A stretch of DNA of 64,000 nt from Fibrobacteria bacterium (GCA_043745805.1 JAYTSD010000006.1:1-64000), one strand, 5' to 3'; positions 1-9,523 are shown, counted from the stretch's first letter. The notes: a model not told the origin generated them from the letters alone. A program made the numbers and translations.

Positions 1-456
1 CATATCAATTTTATCATTGACCAAAGTAAAGCGAGAAATTTTATAGTCGGTATTGCTATAAAATAAATAAATCCATTTATTGGTTTTGAATCCTGGATCT
101 AATGCAATGCCTACTACGCCGTCGCTTCCACCGGTAGTGACTATGCTGGTAAAGTCGCCGATATTAACGGTTGTTTTGGTAGAGGCAATATATTTGCGAA
201 TTAATCCAAAGCGTTGTACAAAGTAAACGTCCACATTGCCCGCAGCATCCATATCGAAGGCCATTTTTAGCGGTTCGCTAGTTTCGGCATTGGATGAGTT
301 TTGTACCAAATAAGTAGCGGTAAAATCGGCATCTGTTAATGCGGCGCATTTTGGTGAATAGGTAGGATAGGCGGCTGTTGCGGTAGACACTAAAGACGAA
401 ATTGTCGCGGCAACAAAAAATGCGGCGCTTACTAGCCGACGGTTTTTGTAAATCAT
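1..456 (-). CDS. PQQ-dependent glucose/sorbosone dehydrogenase-like secreted protein (partial, runs off window start)
   Basis: Not in ORF track. Hand translation from ATG at 456 (RBS AGGAG at 463-467): MIYKNRRLVSAAFFVAATISS...EPLKMAFDMDAAGNVDVYFVQRFGLIRKY...SDGVVGIALDPGF; collinear with the two neighbouring paralogs. Confidence 0.85.
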   Translation of the reverse strand, partial: MIYKNRRLVSAAFFVAATISSLVSTATAAYPTYSPKCAALTDADFTATYLVQNSSNAETSEPLKMAFDMDAAGNVDVYFVQRFGLIRKYIASTKTTVNIGDFTSIVTTGGSDGVVGIALDPGFKTNKWIYLFYSNTDYKISRFTLVNDKIDM

Positions 457-629
457 TTATGGCTCCTTTATACCCCCAACTTAGTATGGTAAGGGATTAG
501 TAGTGCCTATAATACCGGCCCTAAAACAATTGCAAATTAGACGCTTAAAGCCTTTTGGGGCTAAATTGACCCCAAAATAGTATTTGGGGCCTTTGGAGTT
601 TAAAAACTATACCTCGAAGTATAAAACTT

Positions 630-2276
630 TTAGTTTTTTATTACCGTTGTTTTATAATGGGTACTTTTTGTTTCGATGTTTAAAAAATAAACACCGGTTT
701 TTTTGAGAGTAGACAAGTCAATGAACGTCGGACCTTGGGTGGTGTATTGGGAAATGGTTTTTCCAGATAAATCTTGCATGGCAATTTTGAGTAATGCAGA
801 TTCACGAATAAAAATTTTCGAAGCGATTTTTTCAATATGCAAGTTTCCTTGCACAATATCTTTTTTGCTTAAACCCGTAGTCGGCCTTATGAAATATTTT
901 AAAGTGGTGTCATTAAATTCCGCAGCCGTGGGTTGGCAACTTCCTTTATATTCAATTTTCAAAATGGCGGTTTCATTTGTTGCAGCACTTCGCGATCCCG
1001 CATAATTTACCAAATAGAGTACTCCGTCGGGACCTAGTTGGAAGTCCAGAACTCTACTGATTTTAATATTAGTGAATATGTACTGAGAGTTAAGAATGGA
1101 TTTGCCCGTGGCATCCAAAGTATGTGCTTGAATAGTGTTTTGGCTATAATCCGTAGTAAACCAAACTCCTTCGAATTGCGGAGGCAATTTGTTTTTGGAG
1201 GGGTAACTGGGATGATAATAATAAATGGGCCCAGTTATAGCACAAGATTGTTGATAGGAGTGAATCGCAGGAATTGAAGGAGGTAAATTAGTCAAGGCTG
1301 TATCGCCTGCTTTAGTATTAACGGGAGCATCGGGAGTACCACCACCGTTACCATTGGAAACTTGATTCCCCGACCAAAATGGCCAGCCGCCATTCATCGG
1401 AACCGTGGTAAAATTATGCTCTTCGGTTTGCGCACCTGCATCTGGACCGACATCTCCCCAAGCAATTCCTTTGCGCACTTGGTCTAAGGCTAAAGTATAG
1501 GGATTGCGCACGCCCATCACATAAATTTCGGGTTTGGTTTTAGCCGTGCCTTCGGGAAATAAGTTGCCTTTAGGAATATCATAAGTAATACCGGGTCCAA
1601 AACTCGTGAGAGTTACATTATCGGCAATAGGCTTGGGTTTAATGCGAATAATTTTCCCACGTAAATCAAAAGTATTTTCACCGACTAAATTTCCGCCACC
1701 GATCATGCTATTTTCACCGATATTTAACCATAGATTGCCTTGCACATCAAATTGCATAGCACCCCCCGTATGTTGGCTGCTACCTTTGGTGCCCACGCGT
1801 AAGAGAATTTTTTCGGAATTCATATCAATAGTGTTATTCGCTACCGTGAAGCGAGAAAGTCGCCAATGTTTTTCTAAAGAAACTGTATAGAACAAATACA
1901 TCCAATGATTGATTTTAAAATCGGGATCGAGTGCAATACCTACTAAACCATCAGCACTTGAACCACCGCCAATATCGGCTGGGAATTGAAAAATATTTAC
2001 GACTTGATTGGTGGCCGCAACATATTTTCGAATTAAACCGGCGCGTTGAATGAAGTAAACATCGGTATTACCTTGGGCATCCATATCGAAGGCCATTTTA
2101 AGTGGCTCGATTAAAGTCGGGTCATTCGCAAAGGTGGCTAAAGTTTTGGCTTGAAAATCCCCATCGGCTAAAGTGCAACCAGGATAGGATAAGGCAGCGG
2201 CTATTTTATTGGGATTTAAAAAACTGCCCAGCAACAATCCACAAGCAATAAACACATTAATATTTTTGTTAAGCAT
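630..2276 (-). CDS. PQQ-dependent glucose/sorbosone dehydrogenase-like protein with signal peptide and T9SS-like C-terminal domain
   Basis: GSDH motifs GIALDPDF, HTGGAMQF, DLRGKIIRI, PEIYVMGVRNPY, WGDVGPD; C-terminal DLSGK...GVYFLNI tail. Confidence 0.85.
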   Translation of the reverse strand: MLNKNINVFIACGLLLGSFLNPNKIAAALSYPGCTLADGDFQAKTLATFANDPTLIEPLKMAFDMDAQGNTDVYFIQRAGLIRKYVAATNQVVNIFQFPADIGGGSSADGLVGIALDPDFKINHWMYLFYTVSLEKHWRLSRFTVANNTIDMNSEKILLRVGTKGSSQHTGGAMQFDVQGNLWLNIGENSMIGGGNLVGENTFDLRGKIIRIKPKPIADNVTLTSFGPGITYDIPKGNLFPEGTAKTKPEIYVMGVRNPYTLALDQVRKGIAWGDVGPDAGAQTEEHNFTTVPMNGGWPFWSGNQVSNGNGGGTPDAPVNTKAGDTALTNLPPSIPAIHSYQQSCAITGPIYYYHPSYPSKNKLPPQFEGVWFTTDYSQNTIQAHTLDATGKSILNSQYIFTNIKISRVLDFQLGPDGVLYLVNYAGSRSAATNETAILKIEYKGSCQPTAAEFNDTTLKYFIRPTTGLSKKDIVQGNLHIEKIASKIFIRESALLKIAMQDLSGKTISQYTTQGPTFIDLSTLKKTGVYFLNIETKSTHYKTTVIKN

Positions 2277-2285
2277 ATTTTTTCC

Positions 2286-3923
2286 TTAATCTCTCAGCAT
2301 TTTTACCGAATATACTCGGCCTTCACTAGTAACTGTTATAATATATATGCCCGCCTTATGATTTTTACTCAAATAGAATTGAAAGGCCCCTTGATGGTTT
2401 TCATGAGCCACAATTTGCCCACTTAAATTGTGTACATCCAAGGAATGTAAGCCGGAGGCATTAACAAAGAGTTGATCCCCAGTTAAGTGGAACCCATTAT
2501 TAGCAGCGAATGACCCGATATGGCCTATTCCAGTAGGTCCAGGTGTTAAATATTTGAGAGTTGTATCATTAAATTGTGTAGCATTTGGATGGCAGCTTCC
2601 CGTGTATTTGATTTTCAAAATTCCAGTCGCTGCGGTTGTGCTGCGATATCCTGCATAGTTTACAACATATAACACTCCATCTGGACCGGCTTGAAAGTCT
2701 AGGGGACCTTTCAAATTAATTTTGGTGAAAATGGGTTCCGACGAGGTTACGGTTTTTCCTGCTGCATCGAGAGTGAGTAAAAGCATTTTGCTATCAGAGA
2801 AATCGGTTACCAACCATTTACCGTCAAAATGGGGCGGCAATTTATTGGGGGAGGGGTAACTTGGATGATAATAGTAAATCGGTCCTGTAATAGCACAAGA
2901 TTCATGATATGGGAATATAGCAGGTGTGAGCGGAGGCAAGGCACTTAATCCATTGCCAGGAGTTGGGTTGATGGGTGCAGCTGGTGTTCCTCCTCCGCCA
3001 TTTACAACGCTATTGTCTCCAGCAAAAAAAGGCCAGCCACCATTCATAGGTTTAGTGGTAAAATCGTATTCTTCAGTCGGAGCTGCAAAACCATCAGGTC
3101 CAACATCTCCCCATGAAATGCCTTTTCGCACAGGGTCCAATGTTAGTGAATAAGGGTTACGAGATCCCATTACATAAATTTCGGGAAGCGTTTTGGCTGT
3201 GCCTACAGGAAATAAATTACCATCGGGAATATCATAAGTGATACCAGGACCCGCACCAGTTAATGTGGCATTGTCCGCTATGAGTTTTGGTTTAATGCGT
3301 AAAATTTTTCCACGCAAATCGGCTGTATTGGAACCTGCTGCACTTCCACCAGAACCAATGCTATTTTCACCCGAGGTAATCCAAAGATTACCTTGAGGAT
3401 CGAATTGCATAGCGCCGCCAGGATGTTGACTACTCCCTTTAGTAGGAATGATCACCAAAACTTTTTCTGAATTCATATCTAAGGTTTCGCCATTTAATTT
3501 GAAGCGAGATATTCTCCAAATTTTCAAATCGGATACGGTATAAAAAAGATATATCCAGTGAGTGGTTTTGAAGTTAGGATCCAAAGCGATACCGTTTAAG
3601 CCATCACTGCTTTGAGTTGTCACAGGAAAACTGGCCAAATCGACTACGGTTTTTTTTATCGCATCATATTTTCTTAATAAGCCATATCTTTGCACAAAGT
3701 AAACATCGGTGTTGCCTTGTGCATCCATATCAAAAGCCATTTTAATCGGTTCGGAAGTTTTTGCATCGGTCGCATTACTAGTCAAAACTTCAACACTGAA
3801 ATCCGCGTCTGAAATGGCTGGGCAGCCAGGATAGGTGGGTGCTGCAAAAGTAGAATGCTGAGTTACAGCTAATGAAATCAATACGCCTATGGCGCTTTGT
3901 AAAAAAAACTTATTATGCATCAT
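2286..3923 (-). CDS. PQQ-dependent glucose/sorbosone dehydrogenase-like protein with signal peptide and T9SS-like C-terminal domain
   Basis: Same motifs (GIALDPNF, HPGGAMQF, EIYVMGSRNPY, WGDVGPD); C-terminal NLSGQ...AGIYII tail. Confidence 0.85.
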   Translation of the reverse strand: MMHNKFFLQSAIGVLISLAVTQHSTFAAPTYPGCPAISDADFSVEVLTSNATDAKTSEPIKMAFDMDAQGNTDVYFVQRYGLLRKYDAIKKTVVDLASFPVTTQSSDGLNGIALDPNFKTTHWIYLFYTVSDLKIWRISRFKLNGETLDMNSEKVLVIIPTKGSSQHPGGAMQFDPQGNLWITSGENSIGSGGSAAGSNTADLRGKILRIKPKLIADNATLTGAGPGITYDIPDGNLFPVGTAKTLPEIYVMGSRNPYSLTLDPVRKGISWGDVGPDGFAAPTEEYDFTTKPMNGGWPFFAGDNSVVNGGGGTPAAPINPTPGNGLSALPPLTPAIFPYHESCAITGPIYYYHPSYPSPNKLPPHFDGKWLVTDFSDSKMLLLTLDAAGKTVTSSEPIFTKINLKGPLDFQAGPDGVLYVVNYAGYRSTTAATGILKIKYTGSCHPNATQFNDTTLKYLTPGPTGIGHIGSFAANNGFHLTGDQLFVNASGLHSLDVHNLSGQIVAHENHQGAFQFYLSKNHKAGIYIITVTSEGRVYSVKMLRD

Positions 3924-4204
3924 AAATGTCCTTCCCCCTTAGGTTGAGACTCGATTTCCCCCATCGAGTATAACCATGTATGGGTATCCTAGTGGAGCCT
4001 AATCTTTATTATTCTAGGGGCTTTCAGAACTGCGAGGTCGTTTTGACCCTAACTCTAAATTCTGAATCGTTCGCGTTCGGAAATATGTCTTTGACACTTA
4101 CTTTTATTTGAGTGGATGAATGGTATTTGAATTTTTTGAAATCATATCCACATTTTCGGAATGTCATAAATGTTGCCAAGCTAAGGCATGCAATATACCT
4201 TTAC

Positions 4205-4218
4205 TGCACAAAAGGTCA
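4205..4218 (+). promoter_or_regulatory. Candidate degenerate LexA (SOS) box upstream of uvrA
   Basis: TGCAC-AAAA-GGTCA versus the Fibrobacter LexA consensus as I recall it, TGCNC-N4-GTGCA; right half has two mismatches. Confidence 0.3.
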
Positions 4219-4255
4219 CTAATCTAAGATCACTAAATACTGATTGAGCAAATCT

Positions 4256-7200
4256 ATGGAAAATTTCATTCGTGTACGCGGAGCGAGAGCTCACAATTTA
4301 AAAAATGTCAATGTGGATATTCCTAAAAATCAACTTGTGGTGATTACGGGCTTAAGTGGATCGGGAAAATCATCATTGGCTTTCGATACGATTTATGCTG
4401 AAGGGCAACGCCGTTATGTGGAATCATTATCCGCTTATGCGCGACAATTTTTGGGCTTGATGGAAAAGCCGGATGTGGATTTGATTGAAGGTTTATCGCC
4501 AGCCATTTCCATTGATCAAAAATCCGCAGGTCATAATCCACGTTCTACCGTTGGCACCATTACTGAAATCTATGACTATATGCGTTTGCTTTTTGCCCGC
4601 GTCGGTCATGCACGTAGCCCCGTAACCGGCAAGCGATTGAAGAGTCAAACCGTACAGGAAATTGTGGACACCGTTTTACTTTTGCCCAATGAAAAAAAAA
4701 CGGCAGCAGGGGTAAAACTGATGTTACTGTCGCCTTTGGTTAAAGATCGCAAAGGCACTTATGAAGAGTTATTTGCACGTTACCTAGCTCAAGGCTATGT
4801 GCGCGTGCGCGTGGATGGCCAAGTATATGAACTCGAAGAAAAAATTAAACTCGATCGTTTTGTAAAACATAATATTGATTTAGTCATTGATCGCCTAGTC
4901 ATTAAAGCGGATAGCAAAGACAATAAGGAATTTGCTAAACGCCTCACCGACTCTGTAGAGTTGGCCTTGAAATTGGGTGAGCATGAAATGCTGGTGAATT
5001 TAGTGGATCAAAAAGAAGATCTTTTTTATTCGGAACGATTAGTCGATCCCGCTACCGGAAAATCTTTCCCCGAAATTGAACCGCATACTTTTTCTTTTAA
5101 TTCACCGCATGGCGCTTGTACAGCTTGTAATGGTTTGGGTTTTATTAAGGAAATTGATCCTAAATCCGTTTTAGATATGGAATTATCTATTAGTGAAGGC
5201 GGTATTTTACCTTGGGCGCGCTCGGCGGATAAACAAGATTCTTGGTATATGCAACTTTTGCAAAATGTGGCCAAGCAAAATGGATTTTCACTCACAGTGA
5301 AAATTAAAGAATTAAAAAAAGCGCATTTAGACCTTGTGCTGCATGGCATGGGCGATGAACGTTTTAAGGTGAAATACGAAACTAATAGTGGCCATAAAAA
5401 TACTTGGAATGCCAAATTCGAAGGTGTGATTCCTAGTTTAATGCGTCGCTATGAACAAACCGATTCAGATTTTATGCGGCGCGAAATTGAAGAGTTCATG
5501 GATGAAAAACCTTGTAGCACTTGCAAAGGTTATCGCTTAAAAGAAGAAACCATGTCTATTACTATTCGCGGATTAAATATTGTGGATATTTGTGCCATGT
5601 CCATTCAACATGCACATGAATGGTGTAAGGCTTTACAAGCGTCAGAGGCTTTTGCCAATACTGAACTCGAAGCAAAATCATCCCTCTATGAATTTTTTAA
5701 AATCCCCAAAATTAAAAGTGCCGAAGATGATCTTTCCCTTAATGAACGCAGTATTGCTAAACAAGTATTCAAAGAAATTCTTTCGCGCTTAACTTTTTTA
5801 GTGAGTGTGGGCTTGAATTATCTCAGTTTGAATCGCACCGCACGTACACTTTCGGGAGGTGAATCGCAACGTATTCGCTTAGCTTCGCAAATAGGCACCG
5901 GACTTTCCGGCGTGCTTTACGTGCTGGATGAACCCTCGATAGGTTTACATCAACGTGATAATGATCGTTTATTATCCACTTTGCAACGCCTGCGCGATTT
6001 AGGGAATACAGTACTTGTGGTAGAACATGATGCCGATACTATTCGTCAAGCGGATTATGTGATTGATATTGGGCCCGGAGCGGGAGAGCATGGCGGACGC
6101 ATTACTTTTATGGGCAAGCCGGAAGAATTATTGAACTCTAATAATTCTGACACCGCGGCCTTTATGAGCGGCAAACGTAAAATCGATATTGAAGAAATTC
6201 GTCGCGAAATTTCAACATTAAAAATTCGTTTTGCGGAAGCAAGGCCCAAGCAAAGCTTGAAGTTAACCGGCGTGTCACATAATAATTTGAAAAATGTAGA
6301 CACGGAAATTCCTTTAGGAAAATTTGTAGCCGTAACCGGAGTGAGCGGCAGCGGTAAATCGTCTTTGGTGAATGATGTGCTTTCGCGCATATTGGCTAAA
6401 GAATTAAATGGTGCTAAAACCAAGCCTGGAGCCTTCAAAAGCATTAAAGGCTTAGAACATGTCGATAAAGCTATTGTCATTGATCAAAGCCCTATTGGCC
6501 GCACACCGCGTTCTAATCCAGCAACTTATACAGGCCTCTTTGCGGAGATTCGTAATTTATTTTCCCTCACGCCGGAATCCAAAGTGCGTGGTTATAAACC
6601 CGGACGCTTTAGTTTTAATGTAAAAGGCGGACGTTGTGAAAATTGTGAAGGCGATGGCCTGATTAAAATTGAAATGCAATTTTTGCCCGATGTATACGTA
6701 ACCTGCGAAGTTTGTAAAGGCAAGCGTTACAATCGTGATACCCTGCAAATTGATTATAAAGGGAAAAATGTCGCCGATGTTTTGGAAATGACTATTGAAG
6801 AAGGCGCGCAGTTTTTTAGTGCTTTGCCTGCTCTGCACAATAAATTAAAAACCCTTTTAGAAGTGGGCCTCGGTTATATTCGTTTAGGTCAATCGGCTAC
6901 TACCTTATCAGGTGGTGAAGCGCAGCGTATGAAATTAGCGGCGGAATTATCGCGTCGTTCTACCGGTCGATCTTTTTATATACTCGATGAACCCTCGACA
7001 GGCTTGCATTTTGAAGATGTAAGAAAATTATTAATCGTTTTACATTCGCTAGTAGCACAAGGCAATAGTGTTTTGGTAATTGAACATAATCTGGATATTA
7101 TTAAAACTGCCGATTGGGTGATTGATTTGGGTCCTGAAGGCGGCGAAGGCGGCGGACGTATTTTGGTGCAAGGAACGCTTGAGGATGTGGTCAATACCAA

Positions 7201-7324
7201 GGGTTCCTATACTGGCGAATGGTTGAAAAAAATGTTGGATCATGAAAAGCAATTGGCGAAGCGAGAAATTAAAATTGCTCCTAAAGCAGCTCCCAAAGCC
7301 CGTTCCAAAGCGGTTATAGGTTAA
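4256..7324 (+). CDS. uvrA: Excinuclease ABC subunit A
   Basis: RGARAHNLKN, GLSGSGKSSLAFDTIYAEGQRRYVES, two ABC ATPase modules with LSGGE signatures; alternative TTG start at 4244. Confidence 0.98.
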   Translation: MENFIRVRGARAHNLKNVNVDIPKNQLVVITGLSGSGKSSLAFDTIYAEGQRRYVESLSAYARQFLGLMEKPDVDLIEGLSPAISIDQKSAGHNPRSTVGTITEIYDYMRLLFARVGHARSPVTGKRLKSQTVQEIVDTVLLLPNEKKTAAGVKLMLLSPLVKDRKGTYEELFARYLAQGYVRVRVDGQVYELEEKIKLDRFVKHNIDLVIDRLVIKADSKDNKEFAKRLTDSVELALKLGEHEMLVNLVDQKEDLFYSERLVDPATGKSFPEIEPHTFSFNSPHGACTACNGLGFIKEIDPKSVLDMELSISEGGILPWARSADKQDSWYMQLLQNVAKQNGFSLTVKIKELKKAHLDLVLHGMGDERFKVKYETNSGHKNTWNAKFEGVIPSLMRRYEQTDSDFMRREIEEFMDEKPCSTCKGYRLKEETMSITIRGLNIVDICAMSIQHAHEWCKALQASEAFANTELEAKSSLYEFFKIPKIKSAEDDLSLNERSIAKQVFKEILSRLTFLVSVGLNYLSLNRTARTLSGGESQRIRLASQIGTGLSGVLYVLDEPSIGLHQRDNDRLLSTLQRLRDLGNTVLVVEHDADTIRQADYVIDIGPGAGEHGGRITFMGKPEELLNSNNSDTAAFMSGKRKIDIEEIRREISTLKIRFAEARPKQSLKLTGVSHNNLKNVDTEIPLGKFVAVTGVSGSGKSSLVNDVLSRILAKELNGAKTKPGAFKSIKGLEHVDKAIVIDQSPIGRTPRSNPATYTGLFAEIRNLFSLTPESKVRGYKPGRFSFNVKGGRCENCEGDGLIKIEMQFLPDVYVTCEVCKGKRYNRDTLQIDYKGKNVADVLEMTIEEGAQFFSALPALHNKLKTLLEVGLGYIRLGQSATTLSGGEAQRMKLAAELSRRSTGRSFYILDEPSTGLHFEDVRKLLIVLHSLVAQGNSVLVIEHNLDIIKTADWVIDLGPEGGEGGGRILVQGTLEDVVNTKGSYTGEWLKKMLDHEKQLAKREIKIAPKAAPKARSKAVIG

Positions 7325-7325
7325 T

Positions 7326-7961
7326 ATGCTTAGCACCGAATATTTTCAGTACAAATATATTCCGGCCAAAAATAAATTAGCGCAAGAGAAGCTGATGATT
7401 ATTTTTCATGGCTTAGGCGATTCGCTCAAAGGGTTTACTTGGATGCCTTCCGAATTGCATCTCGACGATTTGTCTTATTTGCTGGTTAACGCACCCGATG
7501 CGTATTATGGCGGTTACAGTTGGTATGACTTCGCTTCTGATCCCAAACCTGGCATTATACGCAGTCGCGATTTAATCCAAAAATTGATAGAAGAATTGCT
7601 GACCTCTGGATTGAAATCCCAAAACATTTTTCTTTTTGGTTTTAGCCAAGGTTGTTTAATGGCTATTGATGCGGGTTTGCGCACTGAACATTTGCTCGGC
7701 GGTATTTGCGGAGTGTCGGGGTATATGCAATTTACCGAAGAGTATCCGGAAAAGTTTTCGGCTTTTGCGAAACAACAGAATTTCTTTTTAAGCCATGGAT
7801 TAATTGATGCGGTGGTGCCTTATGCCGTGTCCAAACAACAGTATGAACGTTTGCAAGCTTTGGGTATTGGTTTGGAGTTTAAAACCTATCGCAAAGAGCA
7901 TACTATATTGCCTGAAGAGTTGGCTGATATTCGTAAATGGTTAAGCGCTTTTCTCGTTTGA
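7326..7961 (+). CDS. Phospholipase/carboxylesterase (alpha/beta hydrolase)
   Basis: HGLGD, GFSQG nucleophile elbow, HGLIDAVV, catalytic His in KEHTI. Confidence 0.9.
   Translation: MLSTEYFQYKYIPAKNKLAQEKLMIIFHGLGDSLKGFTWMPSELHLDDLSYLLVNAPDAYYGGYSWYDFASDPKPGIIRSRDLIQKLIEELLTSGLKSQNIFLFGFSQGCLMAIDAGLRTEHLLGGICGVSGYMQFTEEYPEKFSAFAKQQNFFLSHGLIDAVVPYAVSKQQYERLQALGIGLEFKTYRKEHTILPEELADIRKWLSAFLV
7833..7951 (+). repeat. 119-bp direct repeat, copy 1 (3' end of esterase gene)
   Basis: Ungapped match to 8668-8786 with about 13 mismatches by hand count. Confidence 0.9.
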
Positions 7962-8309
7962 ATGATTTTTGCCAACCGATACCACGCCAAGAAGGGCTTT
8001 TCTTACATTGGCATATTTGTTCATCATTGTCATTAATATTTCCACCGAGTCCGGATAGTCCTGACGACCCTGCTCCCAACTCTGAAGTGTCCGAAAATTT
8101 GCACCGACAGCTTTCGCAAGTTGACTTTGAGACACATGAAGCTTTTCTTTGCGTAATTTCTGCAATCGAGTTGCCCTAGCTTTTCTTTCTTTTACGTCAG
8201 CACGAGCATCACGCATTAGTTCTTCATTTTCATCTTTAGAGATTTCCAAGAGTTCCGTATTTTCCTCTAAATATTTTTCCAATTCTTTTGTACCTGCGTT
8301 ATTCATCAT
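7941..8309 (-). CDS. Xre/Cro-type HTH antitoxin
   Basis: LRKEKLHVSQSQLAKAVGANFRTLQSWEQGR HTH; start overlaps toxin stop (ATGA). Confidence 0.8.
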   Translation of the reverse strand: MMNNAGTKELEKYLEENTELLEISKDENEELMRDARADVKERKARATRLQKLRKEKLHVSQSQLAKAVGANFRTLQSWEQGRQDYPDSVEILMTMMNKYANVRKALLGVVSVGKNHSNEKSA

Positions 8310-8575
8310 TTTTTCCTCGAGTATTTTTTGGTGAATTTTTCGCTATAAAAAGCCGTTATGAGCCAACGCGTGTTACCCTTTATTTCAAAGGGGACCACGT
8401 AAACTGTTTCGCCTCTTCTCACTAGAAGAAGTTTCTGACCTGGATATTTTGGGCTTGGATTCGGAGCTGTACCTATTAAACCTCCGCGTGAAATAAGCTC
8501 AACGATTTGAGGAAATGTAATCCCGTGATCATTGTGTATTTCATCGTTTTTTGCTGGATCCCAATCATATACCAT
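8306..8575 (-). CDS. BrnT-like (RelE-fold) toxin
   Basis: YDWDPAKN...HGITF...LITAFYS pattern; ATG 8575 preferred because it lies 7 nt after the -10 box. Confidence 0.75.
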   Translation of the reverse strand: MVYDWDPAKNDEIHNDHGITFPQIVELISRGGLIGTAPNPSPKYPGQKLLLVRRGETVYVVPFEIKGNTRWLITAFYSEKFTKKYSRKK

Positions 8576-8582
8576 TGTATCC

Positions 8583-8611
8583 ATTATACGTATTTTACGT
8601 ATAGATGACAA
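8583..8611 (-). promoter_or_regulatory. Sigma70 promoter of TA operon with overlapping palindromic operator
   Basis: Minus strand TTGTCA(8611-8606)-17 bp-TATAAT(8588-8583); perfect palindrome TATACGTA-TTT-TACGTATA at 8585-8603. Confidence 0.75.
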
Positions 8612-8667
8612 GCTTTAGTTTTTTGATCTTCCCTACTTATTTCGTCTGTATAACGATGGCTTTTGTT

Positions 8668-8796
8668 AAACAACAGTATGAGCATTTGCAAACTTTAGGC
8701 ATTGGTTTGGAATTTAAAACCTATCGTAAAGAGCATACGATATTGCCTGAAGAGTTGTATGATATTCATAAATGGTTAGGTGCTTTGATTAAATAA
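8668..8796 (+). pseudogene. Displaced duplicate of esterase 3' end (direct repeat copy 2)
   Basis: Encodes KQQYEHLQTLGIGLEFKTYRKEHTILPEELYDIHKWL versus KQQYERLQALGIGLEFKTYRKEHTILPEELADIRKWL in the intact gene. Confidence 0.85.
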
Positions 8797-8805
8797 ATTG
8801 TGGTT

Positions 8806-8856
8806 GGATAACGTTCGCGCTATACGAAGTGAAACCATTTGGCTATAGTGAATGCC
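8806..8856 (-). repeat. Degenerate attC-like hairpin
   Basis: GGATAAC followed by imperfect arms TTCGCGCTATA / TATAGTGAA; second R box not recognisable. Confidence 0.3.
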
Positions 8857-8970
8857 CAGCGATTGGGGGCGGGTTTTAGTTTTCTTTCGCGCTTCTCATG
8901 CGAATCTGGCGGCTGGAGGATCGGCTCAGTTACTGATCTTGTTTCTTTCCTACCCCTTATCATCCAATTC

Positions 8971-9507
8971 CTAATAAGAACCACCGCTAAGTTCCCCATT
9001 TCTTGTCTTTACTTCGAATGGATACCATTTATCATCAGGACTCCAAGCTTCACCAAGAATTGATTCCGAATTGTATGTAAGATTTCGGAAGCCATCCCAC
9101 GATATACGTTTTGATTTCCAGATTTCTTTTTCATGATCACGGGCAACCATATATATGCCAGTGTGAAATATGACGAATCCATGTTTTTCCGATATCCATA
9201 ACCCTTCAATTGAGCCGATGAAGGTTTGTAAGCATTTCTTTTCGTAAGGGTTGATTAAATATCCTTCCCCATTTGAAACAACAAATACCATTCCGCTACC
9301 TGGGAAAAATCCGATATCATTGAACTTAGTTAGGCCGGGCTGAAAATTTCCAACCCAGCTTTCATCATCAATTTGAAATTCAACAACCAAACCCTCGTGA
9401 TGATACCCGCGCCCTGTTCCAGAGAATGGTAAAGCCATTGGGCCGTAAGCTGGGAGCCCGTCGAGCTTTTTTATTTGAGTTCGCTTATTTTTCATTTCAT
9501 TCTTCAT
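8971..9507 (-). CDS. Hypothetical protein (cassette-like orphan)
   Basis: 178-aa ORF, ATG start 16 bp from attC-like element; no family recognised. Confidence 0.75.
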   Translation of the reverse strand: MKNEMKNKRTQIKKLDGLPAYGPMALPFSGTGRGYHHEGLVVEFQIDDESWVGNFQPGLTKFNDIGFFPGSGMVFVVSNGEGYLINPYEKKCLQTFIGSIEGLWISEKHGFVIFHTGIYMVARDHEKEIWKSKRISWDGFRNLTYNSESILGEAWSPDDKWYPFEVKTRNGELSGGSY

Positions 9508-9523
9508 TAATATTCATTCACCC

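Noticed and set aside
553-589. TTTTGGGG/CCCCAAAA/TTTGGGG alternative hairpins and weak similarity to 3990-4050
   Set aside because: Short, low-complexity, and spacing differs between the two leaders; cannot support a riboswitch or shared operator.
8605-8796. 63-aa ORF as an independent gene
   Set aside because: C-terminal part is the duplicated esterase tail; N-terminal part overlaps the TA promoter region and lacks the catalytic Ser/Asp.
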